Assembly: GCF_057098645.1 (NCBI RefSeq)
Contig: NZ_CM169472.1
Direction: 5' to 3' (one strand)
DNA length: 64,000 nucleotides
Made by a program: the position numbers and the translations under genes
Shown: piece by piece, positions 14,049-33,198 of the stretch
Layout of the letters: every line of letters begins with the position of its first letter
How positions within the stretch are numbered: the first letter of the stretch is position 1
Notes under the pieces: generated by a model
Told to the model about the DNA's origin: nothing
What the model saw: the letters and a program-made list of their open reading frames with translations, nothing else
Databases searched by the model: none

Positions 14049-15710
14049 TCAAAATGTTTCCCAGTTTGGATCTTGTTCAGCAATTCGCAGTCGTGGCTGT
14101 GCCGGTGGTTGCTCACTGGCAGGACGGGATGGTGTTTGCGGTTTATTGGTGAGTGGGCTGGCTGCCAGACGAAACGCGGAAACCGCTTGCGTTAAACGAC
14201 TAGCCTGTTCTTCCAGCGCAGCTGCGGCGGCAGCTGATTCCTGCACCAGCGATGCGTTCTGTTGCGTGACGCGATCCATTTCCGAAACCGCCAATGCGAC
14301 TTGATCGATGCCACGGCTCTGTTCATCCGATGCCGATGCAATCTCGCCCATAATGTCAGTCACGCGAGTGACAGCATTGACGATATTGTTCATTGTTTCC
14401 CCGGCGCTTTCGACCAGCACCGAACCGGTATCAACGCGCGAGACGGAGTCTTCAATGAGAGCTTTGATCTCTTTTGCCGCCTGGGCGCTACGACTGGCAA
14501 GATTACGCACTTCGCCCGCCACCACGGCAAAACCACGGCCCTGTTCACCTGCACGCGCGGCTTCAACCGCGGCATTCAGCGCGAGGATATTAGTCTGGAA
14601 GGCAATACCGTCGATAACGCTGATAATGTCGGCAATTTTCTTCGAACTATCGGCGATCTCATGCATCGTTTTCACTACGCCATCCACCACTTTGCCGCCG
14701 TGCTGGGCGGTGTCGGAGGCACTTTGCGCCAGTTGCGAGGCCTGGCGGGCGTTATCGGCGTTTTGCTTCACTGTCGCGGTGAGCTGCTCCATGCTGGCGG
14801 CAGTTTCTTCCAGCGCGGATGCCTGCTGTTCAGTACGGGAGGAAAGATCGGTGTTGCCCGCCGCAATTTCACGGGTACCGGCATAGATGGCATCTGAACC
14901 TTCGCGGACATGAGTGACGGTGTCAGTCAAAGAGCGTTGCATATGTGAAACGCTCTGCGCCAGGTCGCCCATTTCACTGCGCCCGTCAATGGTCAGGGTA
15001 TTCGCCAGGTTACCACCGGCGATTTCGCGAATGTGAGCAATAATTTTTGCCAGCGGTGTAAGCAACATACGGCGAATGCCGTACCACGCCACCAGCAGAA
15101 TCAATACCACCACCAGCGCGATAACCGCCAGTTGCCACTGGGCAAATCGGTAATCATCTGCGTTGTCAGTGACGATATCGCGATACAGTTTTTCACTGCT
15201 GAGGGCGTACTGAGCAAACGCTTCGCCCATTGCATTTTGCATTCCCTGGGTTGGCTGAGCGAAATAAGCTCCAGTATTGCCATAATCAAGATAATCAATC
15301 AGTTCAGTTAACGCTGTGTAATAGTTTTTATATTTTTCATCAATATTACGACTGGTAGCGACCATTTCAGGTAACGGTGCCATGCTTTTGAATTTTTTAT
15401 AATGAGTCGCGGCCTGGGCCAATGTTTTCCTGGCGCTATCGAGCAATTCAACTTTGGCGTTACTTTGTTGATTGGAGGAATCCATCATCATCCGCACCGC
15501 TGAACGACTCAGGTTAATGCGCGTTTGCAGCATTAAATCCCAGGTTGACGTCAGCTCGCCCTGCTGTTCCCGTAATTGATTGGAAACCACAAAGCTCTTC
15601 TGGCTATGGTGAAGAGAAGAAAAAAACAGACTGCCGGAAATAAGCTGTAACAGTGCGAATACCCCCAGCACCATTACCAACAGCGTGACTACGCGGATAC
15701 GGTTAATCAT
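14049..15710 (-). CDS. tar: methyl-accepting chemotaxis protein II (Tar)
   Basis: Start at MINRIRVV gives 553 aa; HAMP and MCP signalling domains. Confidence 0.9.
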   Translation of the reverse strand: MINRIRVVTLLVMVLGVFALLQLISGSLFFSSLHHSQKSFVVSNQLREQQGELTSTWDLMLQTRINLSRSAVRMMMDSSNQQSNAKVELLDSARKTLAQAATHYKKFKSMAPLPEMVATSRNIDEKYKNYYTALTELIDYLDYGNTGAYFAQPTQGMQNAMGEAFAQYALSSEKLYRDIVTDNADDYRFAQWQLAVIALVVVLILLVAWYGIRRMLLTPLAKIIAHIREIAGGNLANTLTIDGRSEMGDLAQSVSHMQRSLTDTVTHVREGSDAIYAGTREIAAGNTDLSSRTEQQASALEETAASMEQLTATVKQNADNARQASQLAQSASDTAQHGGKVVDGVVKTMHEIADSSKKIADIISVIDGIAFQTNILALNAAVEAARAGEQGRGFAVVAGEVRNLASRSAQAAKEIKALIEDSVSRVDTGSVLVESAGETMNNIVNAVTRVTDIMGEIASASDEQSRGIDQVALAVSEMDRVTQQNASLVQESAAAAAALEEQASRLTQAVSAFRLAASPLTNKPQTPSRPASEQPPAQPRLRIAEQDPNWETF

Positions 15711-15854
15711 AAGGCACCTTCCTGAAAACAAGTTGATCTCGTTATCGGCAAGGAAGGGGGAAACTTTATTGCTGATGCCACCCGCCGCGAAATTGAAATA
15801 AAAAACCCGATGCGCAGATCATCGGGTTCAATTCAATTGAGGAAATCAGGAGAA

Positions 15855-16358
15855 TTACGCCACTTCTGACGCCGCGCTATCTAACAGCGCCATCTCTTCG
15901 CTGTTCAGCAGTTTTTCGATGTTCACCAGAATCAACATCCGGTCGCCCAGTGCGCCCAGTCCAGTGAGATATTCTGTTGAAAGCGTCACGGCAAACTCTG
16001 GTGCCGGACGAATTTGCTCCGCCGTCAATGAAAGCACGTCTGAAACGCCGTCAACCACGATGCCGACCACCCGCTGTCCGAGATTCAGGACGATAACTAC
16101 CGTGTTGTCGTTATAGTCCACATCCACCTGGCTGAACTTAATTCGTAAGTCAACAATCGGCACAATAACGCCGCGCAGATTCGTGACGCCTTTGATAAAC
16201 GCTGGCGTGTTCGCAATCCGTGTTACCTGATCGTAGCCACGGATCTCCTGCACTTTCAGGATATCAATACCGTACTCTTCATCACCAAGGGTAAATACCA
16301 GAAATTCCTGGCCTGACGGCTCGCTGGCCAGCTTTGTTACATTCGTCATACCGGTCAT
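15855..16358 (-). CDS. cheW: chemotaxis coupling protein CheW
   Basis: 167-aa ORF matching CheW. Confidence 0.95.
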
Positions 16359-16378
16359 ATTGTTACCTTTTTACTCAT

Positions 16379-19270
<2,892 letters not shown>

Positions 19271-19274
<4 letters not shown>

Positions 19275-20158
19275 GCTTCCTCGGTTGTCGTCTGTTGTTG
19301 CGGATTTTTCACCGCACGCACATGCTCTTCCAGTTCAATAAACGACGGACGTTCGCTGGAATAGAGCGTTTTGCGACCAAACTCAACGGCGATAGGCGGT
19401 GCGTAACCGTTCAGATTAGAAAGCAGTGTGACTTTGACGCACTGCATCATTTTGCTGGTTTCGGCGCTTTTCTGACGTAAAACACTCGCTAATGGGGAAA
19501 TAAATCCGTAAGCCAATAAAATGCCGAGGAAAGTCCCCACCATCGCATGTGCGATAAGCGCCCCCAGCTCGGCGGCAGGACGATCGGCTGAACCTAACGC
19601 GTGAACGACCCCCATTACAGCTGCGACAATACCAAACGCCGGAAGTGAGTCCCCGACCAGCGCCAGACTGTTCGCCGGGACTTCTGCCTCGCTTTCGTGC
19701 GTCTCAATCTCTTCATCCATCAGGGCTTCGATTTCGAAGGTGTTCATGTGACCACTGATAATCAGGCGCAGATAATCGACGATAAAATCAAGCATGACGC
19801 TATCCGCGAGGATGCGTGGGTAGCTGGCGAAGATCTCGCTCTCACGGGGATTTTCAATATCACGTTCCAGCGAAAACATCCCCATCTGCCGCGATTTCGC
19901 CATCAACCGATAAAGCAGAGCCAGCAGATCCATATACATTGCTTTGGTGTATTTGGAGCGACGAAACAGCAACGGCAGCGCCTTCAGCGTGCCTTTAATC
20001 GCTTTGCCATTATTGCCGACGATAAACGACCCAATCCCTGCACCGGCAATAATCACCAGTTCAGCGGGTTGATAGAGTGCTCCAAGGCTTCCACCGGTCA
20101 TCAAATAACCGCCGAAAACTGTACCGAGAACAACCAGGTAACCTAATAAGATAAGCAC
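19271..20158 (-). CDS. motA: flagellar motor stator protein MotA
   Basis: 295-aa ORF matching MotA. Confidence 0.95.
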
Positions 20159-20284
20159 GACATCATCCTTCCACTGTTGACCATGACAGGATGTTCAGTC
20201 GTCAGGCGTTAACGTGCGATTGGGGCAAAAAAAAGCAGCGGTACGTCGTTACCGCTGCTGGAATGTTGCGCCACACCGTATCAG

Positions 20285-20863
20285 TTAAACAGCCTGTACT
20301 CTCTGTTCATCCAGCAGTTGTGGGATAATATCGGCAGGATTCTGGGAAAGTTTACGTCTTTTTACTGCCCGGGATGGCGGTTGACATAAGCTGCAGGCAA
20401 AGCTGCCAACAGGCTGATGAGCGTGGGTAATAAAATTGCCGCCGCAGCAGTTGCAGCTGGAAAGTTGCAGTAATCCACTTTCAACAAACCGCACCAATGT
20501 CCAGGCACGGGTTAATGCCAGCAGCGGTCCTTCTTCTGCTTGCGGGCACTGTTCAAGGTATAAACGGTAGACTTTGATCACCGCATCGACGCCATTACAC
20601 AAACCGGTTTTCAGTAAAAACTGCCATGCATTACAGAACATCGAAGCATGAACGTTTTGTTCCCAGGTCATAAACCAGTCGGTTGAGAATGGCAGCATGC
20701 CTTTCGGCGGTGGGCTTCCGCGCAGTTCTTTATAAAGTTTTATCAGGCGTCCGCGACTTAACTGTGTTTCGCTTTCCAGCATCTGCAAACGAGCGCCCAG
20801 GGTGATCAATTCCATTGCCAGCTGAATATCCCGCGCTTCCTGAACAATGCTTTTTTCACTCAT
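20285..20863 (-). CDS. flhC: flagellar master regulator FlhC
   Basis: 192-aa ORF with Cys-rich zinc site. Confidence 0.95.
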   Translation of the reverse strand: MSEKSIVQEARDIQLAMELITLGARLQMLESETQLSRGRLIKLYKELRGSPPPKGMLPFSTDWFMTWEQNVHASMFCNAWQFLLKTGLCNGVDAVIKVYRLYLEQCPQAEEGPLLALTRAWTLVRFVESGLLQLSSCNCCGGNFITHAHQPVGSFACSLCQPPSRAVKRRKLSQNPADIIPQLLDEQRVQAV

Positions 20864-20865
20864 GA

Positions 20866-21216
20866 TCAGGCCCTTTTCTTGCGCAGCGCTTCTTCAGGCT
20901 GATTAACATCATTCAGCAAGCGTGTTGAGAGCATGATGCCGGTATGAATTTGCTGGAGATCGTCAACGCGGGAATCTTGCGTCAACTGAGTAATCGTCTG
21001 GTGGCTGTCAAAACGGAAGTGACAAACCAGCTGATTGGTTTCTGCCAGCTTAACCATTTGCGGAAGAGTCAGTGCCGCTAATGTTGTCGCCATTTCTTCA
21101 TTTATGCCGAGACGAAACATAGCGGACGCTTTGTCCTGAACAATCAGACGCTGTGCAAGTAGTAAATATGACAAGTTGATGTCATAAATGTGTTTCAGCA
21201 ACTCGGAGGTATGCAT
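20866..21216 (-). CDS. flhD: flagellar master regulator FlhD
   Basis: [17 protein letters not shown]...; start set for the 116-aa form. Confidence 0.9.
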
Positions 21217-21225
21217 TATTCCCAC

Positions 21226-21700
21226 CCAGAATAACCAACTTTATTTTTATGCGGTTTCACCGCACCCCGTGATGTCGCCGGGAAGCCCCGGTAAAAAATA
21301 ATTAGTATTAGAATAGTTGCGATAAGCTGCAATAAGCAGAGCCACCTTTTTGGTTTAATAAGTCCTTACAAATAGAAGGGGGTCTTTACACTTATCTAAG
21401 ATTTTTCCTAAATCGACGCAACTGTACTCGTCACTACACGCACATACAACGGAGGGGGGCTGCGATTTTCAATAATGTGTGATGCAGATCACACAAAACA
21501 CTCAATTACTTAACATAAATGTATAAGTCATACTTTTGTTTTGGGTGTATTTCAATCTGTTAAAAAGTTTTTCGCTACGCTAGCAAGCAAAAATGAAACA
21601 GGAATAATCGAAATGGGATGTTGCGCACAGTTAAAATAACTCACCGTAAATAATCATCTGCTATAAATAATCACTTTTATGCAATACCAGATAAGCTATT
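21226..21700 (-). promoter_or_regulatory. flhDC class I promoter and long AT-rich leader/regulatory region
   Basis: Long AT-rich non-coding stretch upstream of flhD, a known multi-input control region; individual sites not mapped; no IS present here. Confidence 0.4.
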
Positions 21701-21995
21701 TTTAAACAGACACTTACCGCACAACAAACTAATTAAATACAAAGAAAGGCAACAATCAACTTAATGTTAATAAAATGTTTTGCATATATTAACCACTTGT
21801 TTAATGCGGGGAATCAGTACATTATTTTCTTATAATTACAGTTGAAATCATATGATCACCGAGAGTGATTGATTAATTGTCTTTACTAATAATCAGACTA
21901 ATATTTACCTATTTGACTGAGTTGGGATTGCGTCGTTTCTCCATTAGGAGTAAAGCTTTAATGTCACCTGAAGTTCACAGAATAAGGAACAGGTT

Positions 21996-22424
21996 ATGAG
22001 CTATAGCAATATTCTTGTCGCTGTTGCGGTTACACCGGAAAGTCAGCAACTGCTGGCAAAAGCGGTATCTATCGCCAGGCCAGTAAAGGGACACATCAGT
22101 TTAATTACTCTCGCTTCCGACCCGGAAATGTACAATCAATTAGCTGCGCCGATGCTTGAAGATTTACGCAGCGTGATGCAGGAAGAAACGCAAAGCTTTC
22201 TTGATAAGTTAATTCAGGATGCGGGGTATCCCGTTGACAAGACGTTTATTGCCTACGGTGAGTTAAGCGAACATATTCTGGAAGTTTGTCGCAAATATCA
22301 TTTCGATTTGGTGATTTGCGGTAATCACAATCACAGTTTCTTTTCGCGAGCATCCTGCTCGGCGAAAAGAGTGATTGCCTCAAGTGAGGTCGATGTGCTG
22401 TTAGTTCCACTTACGGGAGATTAA
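21996..22424 (+). CDS. uspC: universal stress protein C
   Basis: 142-aa ORF (YecG/UspC). Confidence 0.85.
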   Translation: MSYSNILVAVAVTPESQQLLAKAVSIARPVKGHISLITLASDPEMYNQLAAPMLEDLRSVMQEETQSFLDKLIQDAGYPVDKTFIAYGELSEHILEVCRKYHFDLVICGNHNHSFFSRASCSAKRVIASSEVDVLLVPLTGD

Positions 22425-22430
22425 CCGCTC

Positions 22431-25783
<3,353 letters not shown>

Positions 25784-25797
25784 CATACTCTCCTTAC

Positions 25798-27312
25798 TCA
25801 GGCAACAGCCTGGCTGACTTTAGGCATCGCAAGGCTCAGTGCCTGACGCTCATCTGCCTGCTCGTGCAACAATTCACCGGCGATTTCACCTTCCCGCATC
25901 ACCACAATCCGGTCGGCAACGCCGAGGACTTCAGGTAAGTCGCTGGAGGCAAACAGCACCGCCACGCCCTGCGCCGCCAGCGCATAAATTACGTTATATA
26001 TTTCGTGCTTAGCGCCAACATCGATGCCGCGCGTAGGTTCATCCAGCAAAATGACCTTCATCTCTTCCGATAACCAGCGGCCCAGAATGGCTTTTTGCTG
26101 ATTTCCGCCTGAGAGATTCATGATCAGTTGCTCCGCGCCCGGCGTTTTGATGTTGAGCGAACGAATGTGGTGATCGGCATTGTTTTCTTCCCAACCGTTG
26201 TTGATTACACAACCGCCGAGCACATGTTTACGTCTGGCACTGATGTTGATATTGTCGCGAACGGAGTGCACGGGAATAATGCCTTCCGCTTTGCGATCTT
26301 CCGGGCAGAGCATCATGCCTGCGGCAATGGCGTGGCTCGGTTTACGAATATCGATCGGCTGTTGGTCGATATAAACCTGACCGGCGGTGATTTGCGTCCC
26401 GCCAAACATGCCTTTCATTAATTCGCTACGCCCCGCCCCTACCAGACCAAACAGCCCAACAATTTCACCACTGCGAACCGCCAGACTTATTGGCGTACGC
26501 ACGCCTGGTGCTTTCACAGCATCAAGACGCAGGCGCTCCTCGCCATAACTACGCGGTTGCCAGCCGTAGATATCGCCAATGTCGCGCCCGACCATCGCCT
26601 GCACCAGCGCGTCGTGGTCAACCTGCTGCATATCGGTAAAGGTTTTGACATAACGTCCATCTTTAAAGACAGTGATGGCATCGCTGAGGGCAAATATTTC
26701 TTCCATACGGTGAGAAACGTATAAGATCACCCGCCCCTCTTTTCGCAGTTCACGAATAACGCGGAAAAGATTGTCGATTTCGCGGGCAGAAAGGGAGCTG
26801 GTTGGCTCATCAAAGGCGATAATTTTAGCGTTACGCGCCAGCGCCTTGGCAATTTCAACCATCTGCCACTGACCAATGGAGAGATATTTCAGCGGCGTGT
26901 CCGGGTCAATATCCATACCAAGATGTTTAAGTTGTAAACCCGCCTCATAATTCAGTAATGAGCGATTCACAATGCCGCCTTTATGCGGCAGCTGGCCGAG
27001 ATAGATGTTTTCCGCGACGGTCATTTCCGGCACGAGATGCAGTTCCTGGTAAATAATCGCCACACCCGCGTTAAGTGCTGCGGTCGTGTCGGAAAAGGAC
27101 ATTTCCTGCCCATTAATCACTACAGAACCCGTGGTTGGCGCATAGTTGCCGCTGAGGATTTTTAAGAGAGTTGATTTTCCTGCGCCATTTTCACCCATCA
27201 ACGCATGAACCTGACCGGCATAGCAGTCAAAACTAATATCCGTCAGCGCCTTAACGCCGGGAAACGTTTTACCGATGCCGCGAAATGAGAGATACGGGGT
27301 AGACTGTTGCAT
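25798..27312 (-). CDS. araG: L-arabinose ABC transporter ATP-binding protein
   Basis: Duplicated ABC ATPase with Walker [10 protein letters not shown]; start set for 504 aa. Confidence 0.9.
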
Positions 27313-27381
27313 AACGTCTCCGTGAATCACTGGTCGTTCACACCCCCTCTGCATCATGCAGAGGGGAATTTTTCCGGCAAA

Positions 27382-28371
27382 TTACTTACCGCCTAAACCT
27401 TTTTTCTCCAGTTCTTCTTTAAAGTTGTCACGCGTGATCAGTACCACGTCGGTAACTTCGGTAAATTTTGGCGGTTCAACGTCTTTTGCTACCCAGTTGT
27501 AAAGCATTTCGCTGGATTTATAGCCATGAACATCCGGGCTTGGCAGCAGGGAACCGTAGAAGCCGGTTGCCTGTGCTTTAGACAGTTCGCTTACGGCATC
27601 CACACCGTTAATACCAATACCGATGATATCGGCTGCTTTAAAGCCCTGACCTTCGGTTGCACGTACGCCGCCAAGTACGGTGCTGTCGTTCATACCGACG
27701 ATCAGCCAATGTTTAACTTCCGGATGTTGAACCAGCATTGAGTTGGCAGCGTCAAATGCCCCCGGGATGTCGTTAGATTTGGTAGGTACCTGATAAATTT
27801 GTTTTTCCGGGAATCCTGCAGCTTTCAGCGCATCCATAGACCCCGTAGTACGGCGACGAGCCGTATCCAGTTCGTTGGCGGTAATCGCCATCACCGCGCT
27901 TTCTTTGACATCCCAGCCCCGTTTCTGCATCTCTTTATACAGTTCCTGGCCCTGACGTTCGCCAATTTTGGTCGCCGCCATCATCACCAACGGAACGGTA
28001 TCCATTGGCTTACCTTTGGCGTTAACAAACTGGTCATCCACGGCAATGACTTTCATATCGTAGCCACGCGCTTTCGCCACGATGGCAGAGCCGAGTTTCG
28101 GGTCCGGAGTACAAATAACGAAACCTTTCGCGCCACTGGCTGCCAGGCTGTCGATCGCGTTCAATGTTTTTTCGCCATCCGGCACGGCAATCTTAATAAC
28201 CTCAAACCCTAAATCCTTCCCAGCTTTATCGGCAAACTTCCATTCGGTCTGGAACCATGGCTCTTCCGGTTGCTTCACCAGGAAACCGAGCTTCAGGTTC
28301 TCCGCCATAGCGGATTGTGACATAACGGCTGCCAGACCAATGGCTGCCAGGGCTTTAGTAAATTTGTGCAT
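27382..28371 (-). CDS. araF: L-arabinose-binding periplasmic protein
   Basis: Start at MHKFTKALAAIGLAAVMSQSAMA (signal peptide) gives 329 aa. Confidence 0.9.
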   Translation of the reverse strand: MHKFTKALAAIGLAAVMSQSAMAENLKLGFLVKQPEEPWFQTEWKFADKAGKDLGFEVIKIAVPDGEKTLNAIDSLAASGAKGFVICTPDPKLGSAIVAKARGYDMKVIAVDDQFVNAKGKPMDTVPLVMMAATKIGERQGQELYKEMQKRGWDVKESAVMAITANELDTARRRTTGSMDALKAAGFPEKQIYQVPTKSNDIPGAFDAANSMLVQHPEVKHWLIVGMNDSTVLGGVRATEGQGFKAADIIGIGINGVDAVSELSKAQATGFYGSLLPSPDVHGYKSSEMLYNWVAKDVEPPKFTEVTDVVLITRDNFKEELEKKGLGGK

Positions 28372-28620
28372 GGTTCTCTCCAGCTTTAGTGTCGTTTTGT
28401 GTAGGGCAAAAACGAATGACATTCGTTAAATTAATCGGAAAACAAAGCATTACCTTTTAACTAAAAGATAAGTGACTGTGTTGACATAGTTTTAGCGAGA
28501 AATTAATTCTCCATAGGAGAGCAATATCACATCGCAGAATTACAGTGAGAACGTGCATAAATTTAGCGGGAAAAGACATAAAGAAAAGCCAATTTGTCAG
28601 ACAAATTGTCGAATGCACAG
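28372..28620 (-). promoter_or_regulatory. araFGH promoter region (AraC/CRP-dependent)
   Basis: Intergenic region upstream of araF; assignment from established knowledge, sites not mapped. Confidence 0.4.
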
Positions 28621-29167
28621 CAGATTAATCCATAAGATTAGCCTGGAAATCCTTGTTGTCTTTGGTACCCATGCGGGATGTCTTCTTTTTAACCAGTCAA
28701 TAGGCCGCATTACCTGGCGTTGAGTTTTTGAAATGGTGTAATAACCACAACTCAAAGATGTGGAAAATGCGCGCCATTCATTTCGCCATTAATTATCACT
28801 GTGCTCATTAATTAACAGGACACGTATAATGAGAGCCATCTCGCAAAAATGAAAAAACGTTTTATAAAATCATCACTTCATCATGAATTCAAATTCATCG
28901 ATTAATATCAACAAGATACAAAAAGCACTATCATTAAAATTCATTGCAGTTACATTGATTTCATCAATGAAATGTAAAAATATATAAACTTGATGATTTA
29001 AGCATTTTCTTATACCCGTTCAGACGTTATTCTTATTTCAGATCATCGTCAGAATTGACTCCACGATCACATTTCGGACCGGCAGAAAGGAATTATTCTG
29101 CAAACAGTAATTATGGTGTTTTGATTTATCTTGCACCTCTCCACTTCTGGATATAAGGATATTAGGT

Positions 29168-29671
29168 ATGGCAACCGCTGGAATGCTTCTCAAACTCAAC
29201 TCTCAAATGAACCGCGAGTTTTACGCATCCAATCTCTACCTTCACCTGAGTAACTGGTGTTCTGAACAGAGTCTGAACGGCACCGCCACTTTCCTTCGCG
29301 CCCAGGCACAGAGTAATGTGACCCAAATGATGCGCATGTTTAACTTTATGAAGAGTGTCGGCGCTACCCCCATCGTTAAAGCCATTGATGTTCCCGGTGA
29401 AAAACTGAACTCTCTGGAAGAACTGTTCCAAAAAACGATGGAAGAATACGAGCAACGTTCTAGTACGTTGGCACAGTTAGCCGATGAAGCGAAAGAACTG
29501 AATGATGATTCAACCGTCAATTTCCTGCGCGATCTGGAAAAAGAACAGCAGCATGATGGTCTGTTGCTGCAAACCATTCTTGATGAAGTGCGCAGTGCGA
29601 AACTTGCGGGTATGTGCCCTGTGCAGACCGACCAACATGTTCTGAATGTCGTGTCGCATCAGCTGCATTGA
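29168..29671 (+). CDS. ftnB: ferritin-like protein FtnB
   Basis: 167-aa ferritin-fold ORF. Confidence 0.85.
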   Translation: MATAGMLLKLNSQMNREFYASNLYLHLSNWCSEQSLNGTATFLRAQAQSNVTQMMRMFNFMKSVGATPIVKAIDVPGEKLNSLEELFQKTMEEYEQRSSTLAQLADEAKELNDDSTVNFLRDLEKEQQHDGLLLQTILDEVRSAKLAGMCPVQTDQHVLNVVSHQLH

Positions 29672-29714
29672 TCATACATCGGCGCTAATGCATTGCGCCG
29701 ATGAAGTTTTTGAG

Positions 29715-29751
29715 AAACCGCTGCCTCATCTTTTTGAAGCAGCGGTTTTTT
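29715..29751. terminator. bidirectional rho-independent terminator between convergent ftnB and yecJ
   Basis: aaaccgctgc ... gcagcggttt stem flanked by A-run and T-run. Confidence 0.65.
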
Positions 29752-30001
29752 AATGGGATTCGCCCTGTGGGGTAAACTTGAGTTCAATCAGCGCGATGGC
29801 TTTTTGGATTGCCCGCATGGTGACCGGGTCTGCGGCGGCGGGATGGTTAGTAAAGTCGATATTCTTCAGCTGGCTGGACATTTTTTCGCGAACTTCAACG
29901 GGCGCGATTACATCCAGAACGTCGAGAATTTGTTTGATAACCAACTGGCAAGCAACCACATCAGAAACCAGTTCCTGATCGGCATTCAGCGGCTGGGACA
30001 T
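29750..30001 (-). CDS. yecJ: DUF2766 protein YecJ
   Basis: 83-aa ORF matching YecJ. Confidence 0.8.
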
Positions 30002-30085
30002 CGTAAACTCCTGATAGCATTTTGAAAGCCGTTATAGTAGCGGCTTCACATCTTCAGCGATAGTCACATCCACCGTCACCAGGAC

Positions 30086-30116
30086 ACAAAAAAACCTGCC
30101 GGAGCAGGTTTTTTTG
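30086..30116. terminator. bidirectional terminator downstream of azuC
   Basis: acaaaaaaa cctgc cgga gcagg ttttttt. Confidence 0.6.
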
Positions 30117-30203
30117 TTATCGGAACATATTGCCTGGCGGTACGTCTTTGAACGTCTTGCAATAGTTATTGAACATACTTTTCAGGATTTTGCGCAGTTT
30201 CAT
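30117..30203 (-). CDS. azuC: small membrane protein AzuC (28 aa)
   Basis: Reverse complement reads ATG AAA CTG CGC AAA ATC CTG AAA AGT ATG TTC AAT AAC TAT TGC AAG ACG TTC AAA GAC GTA CCG CCA GGC AAT ATG TTC CGA TAA = MKLRKILKSMFNNYCKTFKDVPPGNMFR; below the ORF-track length cutoff. Confidence 0.8.
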   Translation of the reverse strand: MKLRKILKSMFNNYCKTFKDVPPGNMFR

Positions 30204-30465
30204 CGCGGCACTCCGACCATTTGTTATACAGGTGTTATTGTCTTTGCGCTTATAATATGACAACCATCACAAAAATCAATCTTTATGTGATACAAATCAC
30301 ATAAATACCCCTTTAATGTTATAAAAATGATAACCAAAAAACAGCCCCCCTATTTCTGACACCTACAGATGGCAAGAAATAGCGCCTGCCAGGCGTCTTT
30401 TCCGGCCATTGTCGCAGCGCTGTAACGCGTAAAATAGTGCTTTCTCTTACTCTTCTGGCTGGACC

Positions 30466-30789
30466 ATGAGACTTCTGATTCTGACTCTTTCATTAATAAC
30501 GCTGGCGGGGTGTACGGTTACTCGCGAGGCCCATGTGAGCGAAGTTGACGCGGCAACAGGTATTGTACGGTTGGTTTATGACCAGGCTTTTTTGCAGCAT
30601 GCCCATACCGATCGTTATGTCAGTCGCGGGATCGCCGATCGCGCATGCCAGCAGGAAGGCTATACCCACGCGATCCCCTTTGGTCAGCCAGTAGGCAACT
30701 GTAGCCTTTTTGCGGGTTCCTTATGTTTGAATACGGAATTCACTTTGTCATATCAGTGCCATCATTCCGCCTTCCCTGTCTTTCTCTAA
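30466..30789 (+). CDS. yecR: lipoprotein YecR
   Basis: 107-aa ORF with lipobox LAGC. Confidence 0.8.
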   Translation: MRLLILTLSLITLAGCTVTREAHVSEVDAATGIVRLVYDQAFLQHAHTDRYVSRGIADRACQQEGYTHAIPFGQPVGNCSLFAGSLCLNTEFTLSYQCHHSAFPVFL

Positions 30790-30959
30790 ATATTTTAATC
30801 AGCGAGGGGATCTTCGCTGATTAAAGAAATAGCGGTAATGCGTTTTATTCCCATTCGTATTTTTAATAATTGAAGTTTATATTTTACCTTTTGCAAATAA
30901 TAAAATAACAAATTATAGTGACGCCACAGCAACAAATATAACCTTTGTGGAGCACTATC

Positions 30960-31457
30960 ATGCTGAAACCAGAAATGATTGAAAAACTTAATGAGCAGAT
31001 GAACCAGGAACTGTACTCTTCACTGCTTTATCAGCAAATGAGCGCCTGGTGCAGCTATCATACCTTCGAAGGTGCTGCCGCGTTCCTGCGCCGCCACGCC
31101 CAGGAAGAGATGACGCATATGCAGCGTCTGTTTGATTACCTGACTGATACCGGAAACTTACCGCGTATTAATACCGTTGAATCTCCGTTTGCTGAATATT
31201 CTTCACTTGATGAATTATTCCAGGAAACCTATAAACACGAACAATTAATCACGCAGAAAATTAACGAACTGGCTCATGCTGCAATGACCAATCAGGACTA
31301 CCCAACATTTAATTTCCTGCAATGGTATGTTTCTGAGCAGCATGAAGAAGAGAAACTGTTCAAATCGATTATTGATAAATTAAGCCTGGCAGGCAAAAGC
31401 GGCGAAGGTCTGTATTTTATCGACAAAGAACTCTCTACCCTCGACACACAAAACTAA
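30960..31457 (+). CDS. ftnA: ferritin FtnA
   Basis: Start at [10 protein letters not shown] gives 165 aa. Confidence 0.9.
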   Translation: MLKPEMIEKLNEQMNQELYSSLLYQQMSAWCSYHTFEGAAAFLRRHAQEEMTHMQRLFDYLTDTGNLPRINTVESPFAEYSSLDELFQETYKHEQLITQKINELAHAAMTNQDYPTFNFLQWYVSEQHEEEKLFKSIIDKLSLAGKSGEGLYFIDKELSTLDTQN

Positions 31458-31465
31458 TGCTCTCC

Positions 31466-31491
31466 GGCGGCAGGTTTTCTGCCGCCGTTTC
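31466..31491. terminator. hairpin between convergent ftnA and yecH
   Basis: cggcggcag gtttt ctgccgccg then TTT. Confidence 0.5.
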
Positions 31492-31494
31492 AAA

Positions 31495-31734
31495 TCAGTG
31501 ACGGCAAATCTTACTCTGATCGGTCGAAAAACCGTCTTCAGAAGGAATAAATTTGCCTTTTGCTGCCAGAAACGCCACCAGCTCTCCCGCTGTCATCCCT
31601 TCTGCCGAGCAGGTGTGAAAACGTGCCTGTTCACCAAAACGCGCTTTAATCGCAGCTTCCAGACTGGCATGCGTATATTGCTCGCCTGATTCAATCATCA
31701 TATTTAACACTTCATGACCGTGTATAGAGTCCAT
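31495..31734 (-). CDS. yecH: DUF2492 protein YecH
   Basis: 79-aa ORF. Confidence 0.8.
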   Translation of the reverse strand: MDSIHGHEVLNMMIESGEQYTHASLEAAIKARFGEQARFHTCSAEGMTAGELVAFLAAKGKFIPSEDGFSTDQSKICRH

Positions 31735-31925
31735 CGTTCCTCCTCAAAAAAAAGCCTAGCGTAGCGATTACCGCTTATGAAGACTTTGCGCCAGCGCAGG
31801 ACTGAATGCTTTTTATTGTACATTTATATTTACACCATATGTAACGTCGGTTTGACGAAGCAGCCGTTATGCCTTAACCTGCGCCGCAGATATCACTCAT
31901 AAAGATCGTCAGGACAGAAGAAAGC

Positions 31926-33137
31926 GTGAAAAACAGAACCCTGGGAAGTGTTTTTATCGTGGCGGGAACCACAATTGGCGCAGGCATGCTGGCAATGCCG
32001 CTGGCTGCGGCCGGTGTTGGTTTTAGCGTTACGTTAATCTTGTTGATTGGGCTTTGGGCGTTGATGTGCTACACGGCGCTATTACTGCTGGAGGTGTACC
32101 AGCATGTTCCGGCAGATACCGGTCTGGGCACGCTGGCAAAACGCTATCTGGGACGCTACGGTCAATGGCTGACGGGCTTCAGTATGATGTTCTTAATGTA
32201 TGCTCTGACTGCGGCATACATCAGCGGTGCCGGTGAATTGTTGGCCTCCAGCATCAGCGACTGGACAGGTATTTCAATGTCGGCAACCGCTGGCGTGCTG
32301 TTGTTCACTTTTGTTGCCGGTGGCGTGGTTTGTGTTGGAACATCGCTGGTCGATTTATTTAACCGTTTTCTGTTCAGCGCCAAAATTATTTTTTTGGTGG
32401 TGATGTTGGTATTGCTGCTACCGCATATTCACAAAGTGAATCTTTTAACCCTGCCGTTGCAACAGGGGCTGGCACTGTCTGCAATCCCGGTGATTTTTAC
32501 GTCGTTTGGTTTTCACGGTAGCGTGCCGAGTATTGTCAGCTATATGGATGGCAACATTCGTAAGCTACGCTGGGTGTTTATAACCGGTAGTGCGATCCCC
32601 CTGGTGGCATATATTTTCTGGCAGGTGGCGACGCTTGGCAGCATTGATTCAACAACCTTTATGGGATTGCTGGCTAATCATGCCGGATTAAACGGGCTGT
32701 TACAGGCGTTACGCGAAATGGTGGCCTCTCCGCATGTTGAGCTGGCAGTGCATTTATTTGCTGATTTAGCCCTCGCCACGTCATTTCTCGGCGTTGCGTT
32801 AGGCTTATTTGATTATCTGGCTGATTTGTTTCAGCGTTCAAATACCGTTGGTGGACGATTGCAAACTGGAGCAATTACCTTTCTGCCGCCGTTGGCGTTT
32901 GCACTGTTTTATCCACGAGGATTTGTGATGGCGCTGGGTTACGCCGGTGTGGCGCTGGCGGTACTGGCATTGATTATCCCTTCGCTGTTGACCTGGCAAA
33001 GCAGAAGGCACAATCCTCAAGCGGGTTACCGGGTCAAAGGTGGTCGTCCGGCGCTGGTGGTGGTGTTTCTCTGTGGTATTGCTGTGATTGGCGTGCAATT
33101 TTTGATTGCGGCAGGGTTGTTACCAGAAGTGGGGTGA
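31926..33137 (+). CDS. tyrP: tyrosine-specific transporter
   Basis: 403-aa polytopic membrane ORF, GTG start. Confidence 0.9.
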   Translation: MKNRTLGSVFIVAGTTIGAGMLAMPLAAAGVGFSVTLILLIGLWALMCYTALLLLEVYQHVPADTGLGTLAKRYLGRYGQWLTGFSMMFLMYALTAAYISGAGELLASSISDWTGISMSATAGVLLFTFVAGGVVCVGTSLVDLFNRFLFSAKIIFLVVMLVLLLPHIHKVNLLTLPLQQGLALSAIPVIFTSFGFHGSVPSIVSYMDGNIRKLRWVFITGSAIPLVAYIFWQVATLGSIDSTTFMGLLANHAGLNGLLQALREMVASPHVELAVHLFADLALATSFLGVALGLFDYLADLFQRSNTVGGRLQTGAITFLPPLAFALFYPRGFVMALGYAGVALAVLALIIPSLLTWQSRRHNPQAGYRVKGGRPALVVVFLCGIAVIGVQFLIAAGLLPEVG

Positions 33138-33198
33138 TCAGATAGCCTCAAATTCCTTATTGGGTGCCAGAATTAACGCTGACACCCAATTTGACTTC

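Noticed and set aside
12652-14886. Pairs of similar antisense ORFs at 12652-12972 and 14308-14886
   Set aside because: They mirror the highly conserved signalling domains of the paralogues tap and tar on the coding strand; not separate genes and not a mobile repeat
28430-29160. AT-rich araF-ftnB intergenic region as possible foreign DNA or small RNA locus
   Set aside because: Conserved core-genome spacer carrying divergent promoters; no repeats or IS ends seen
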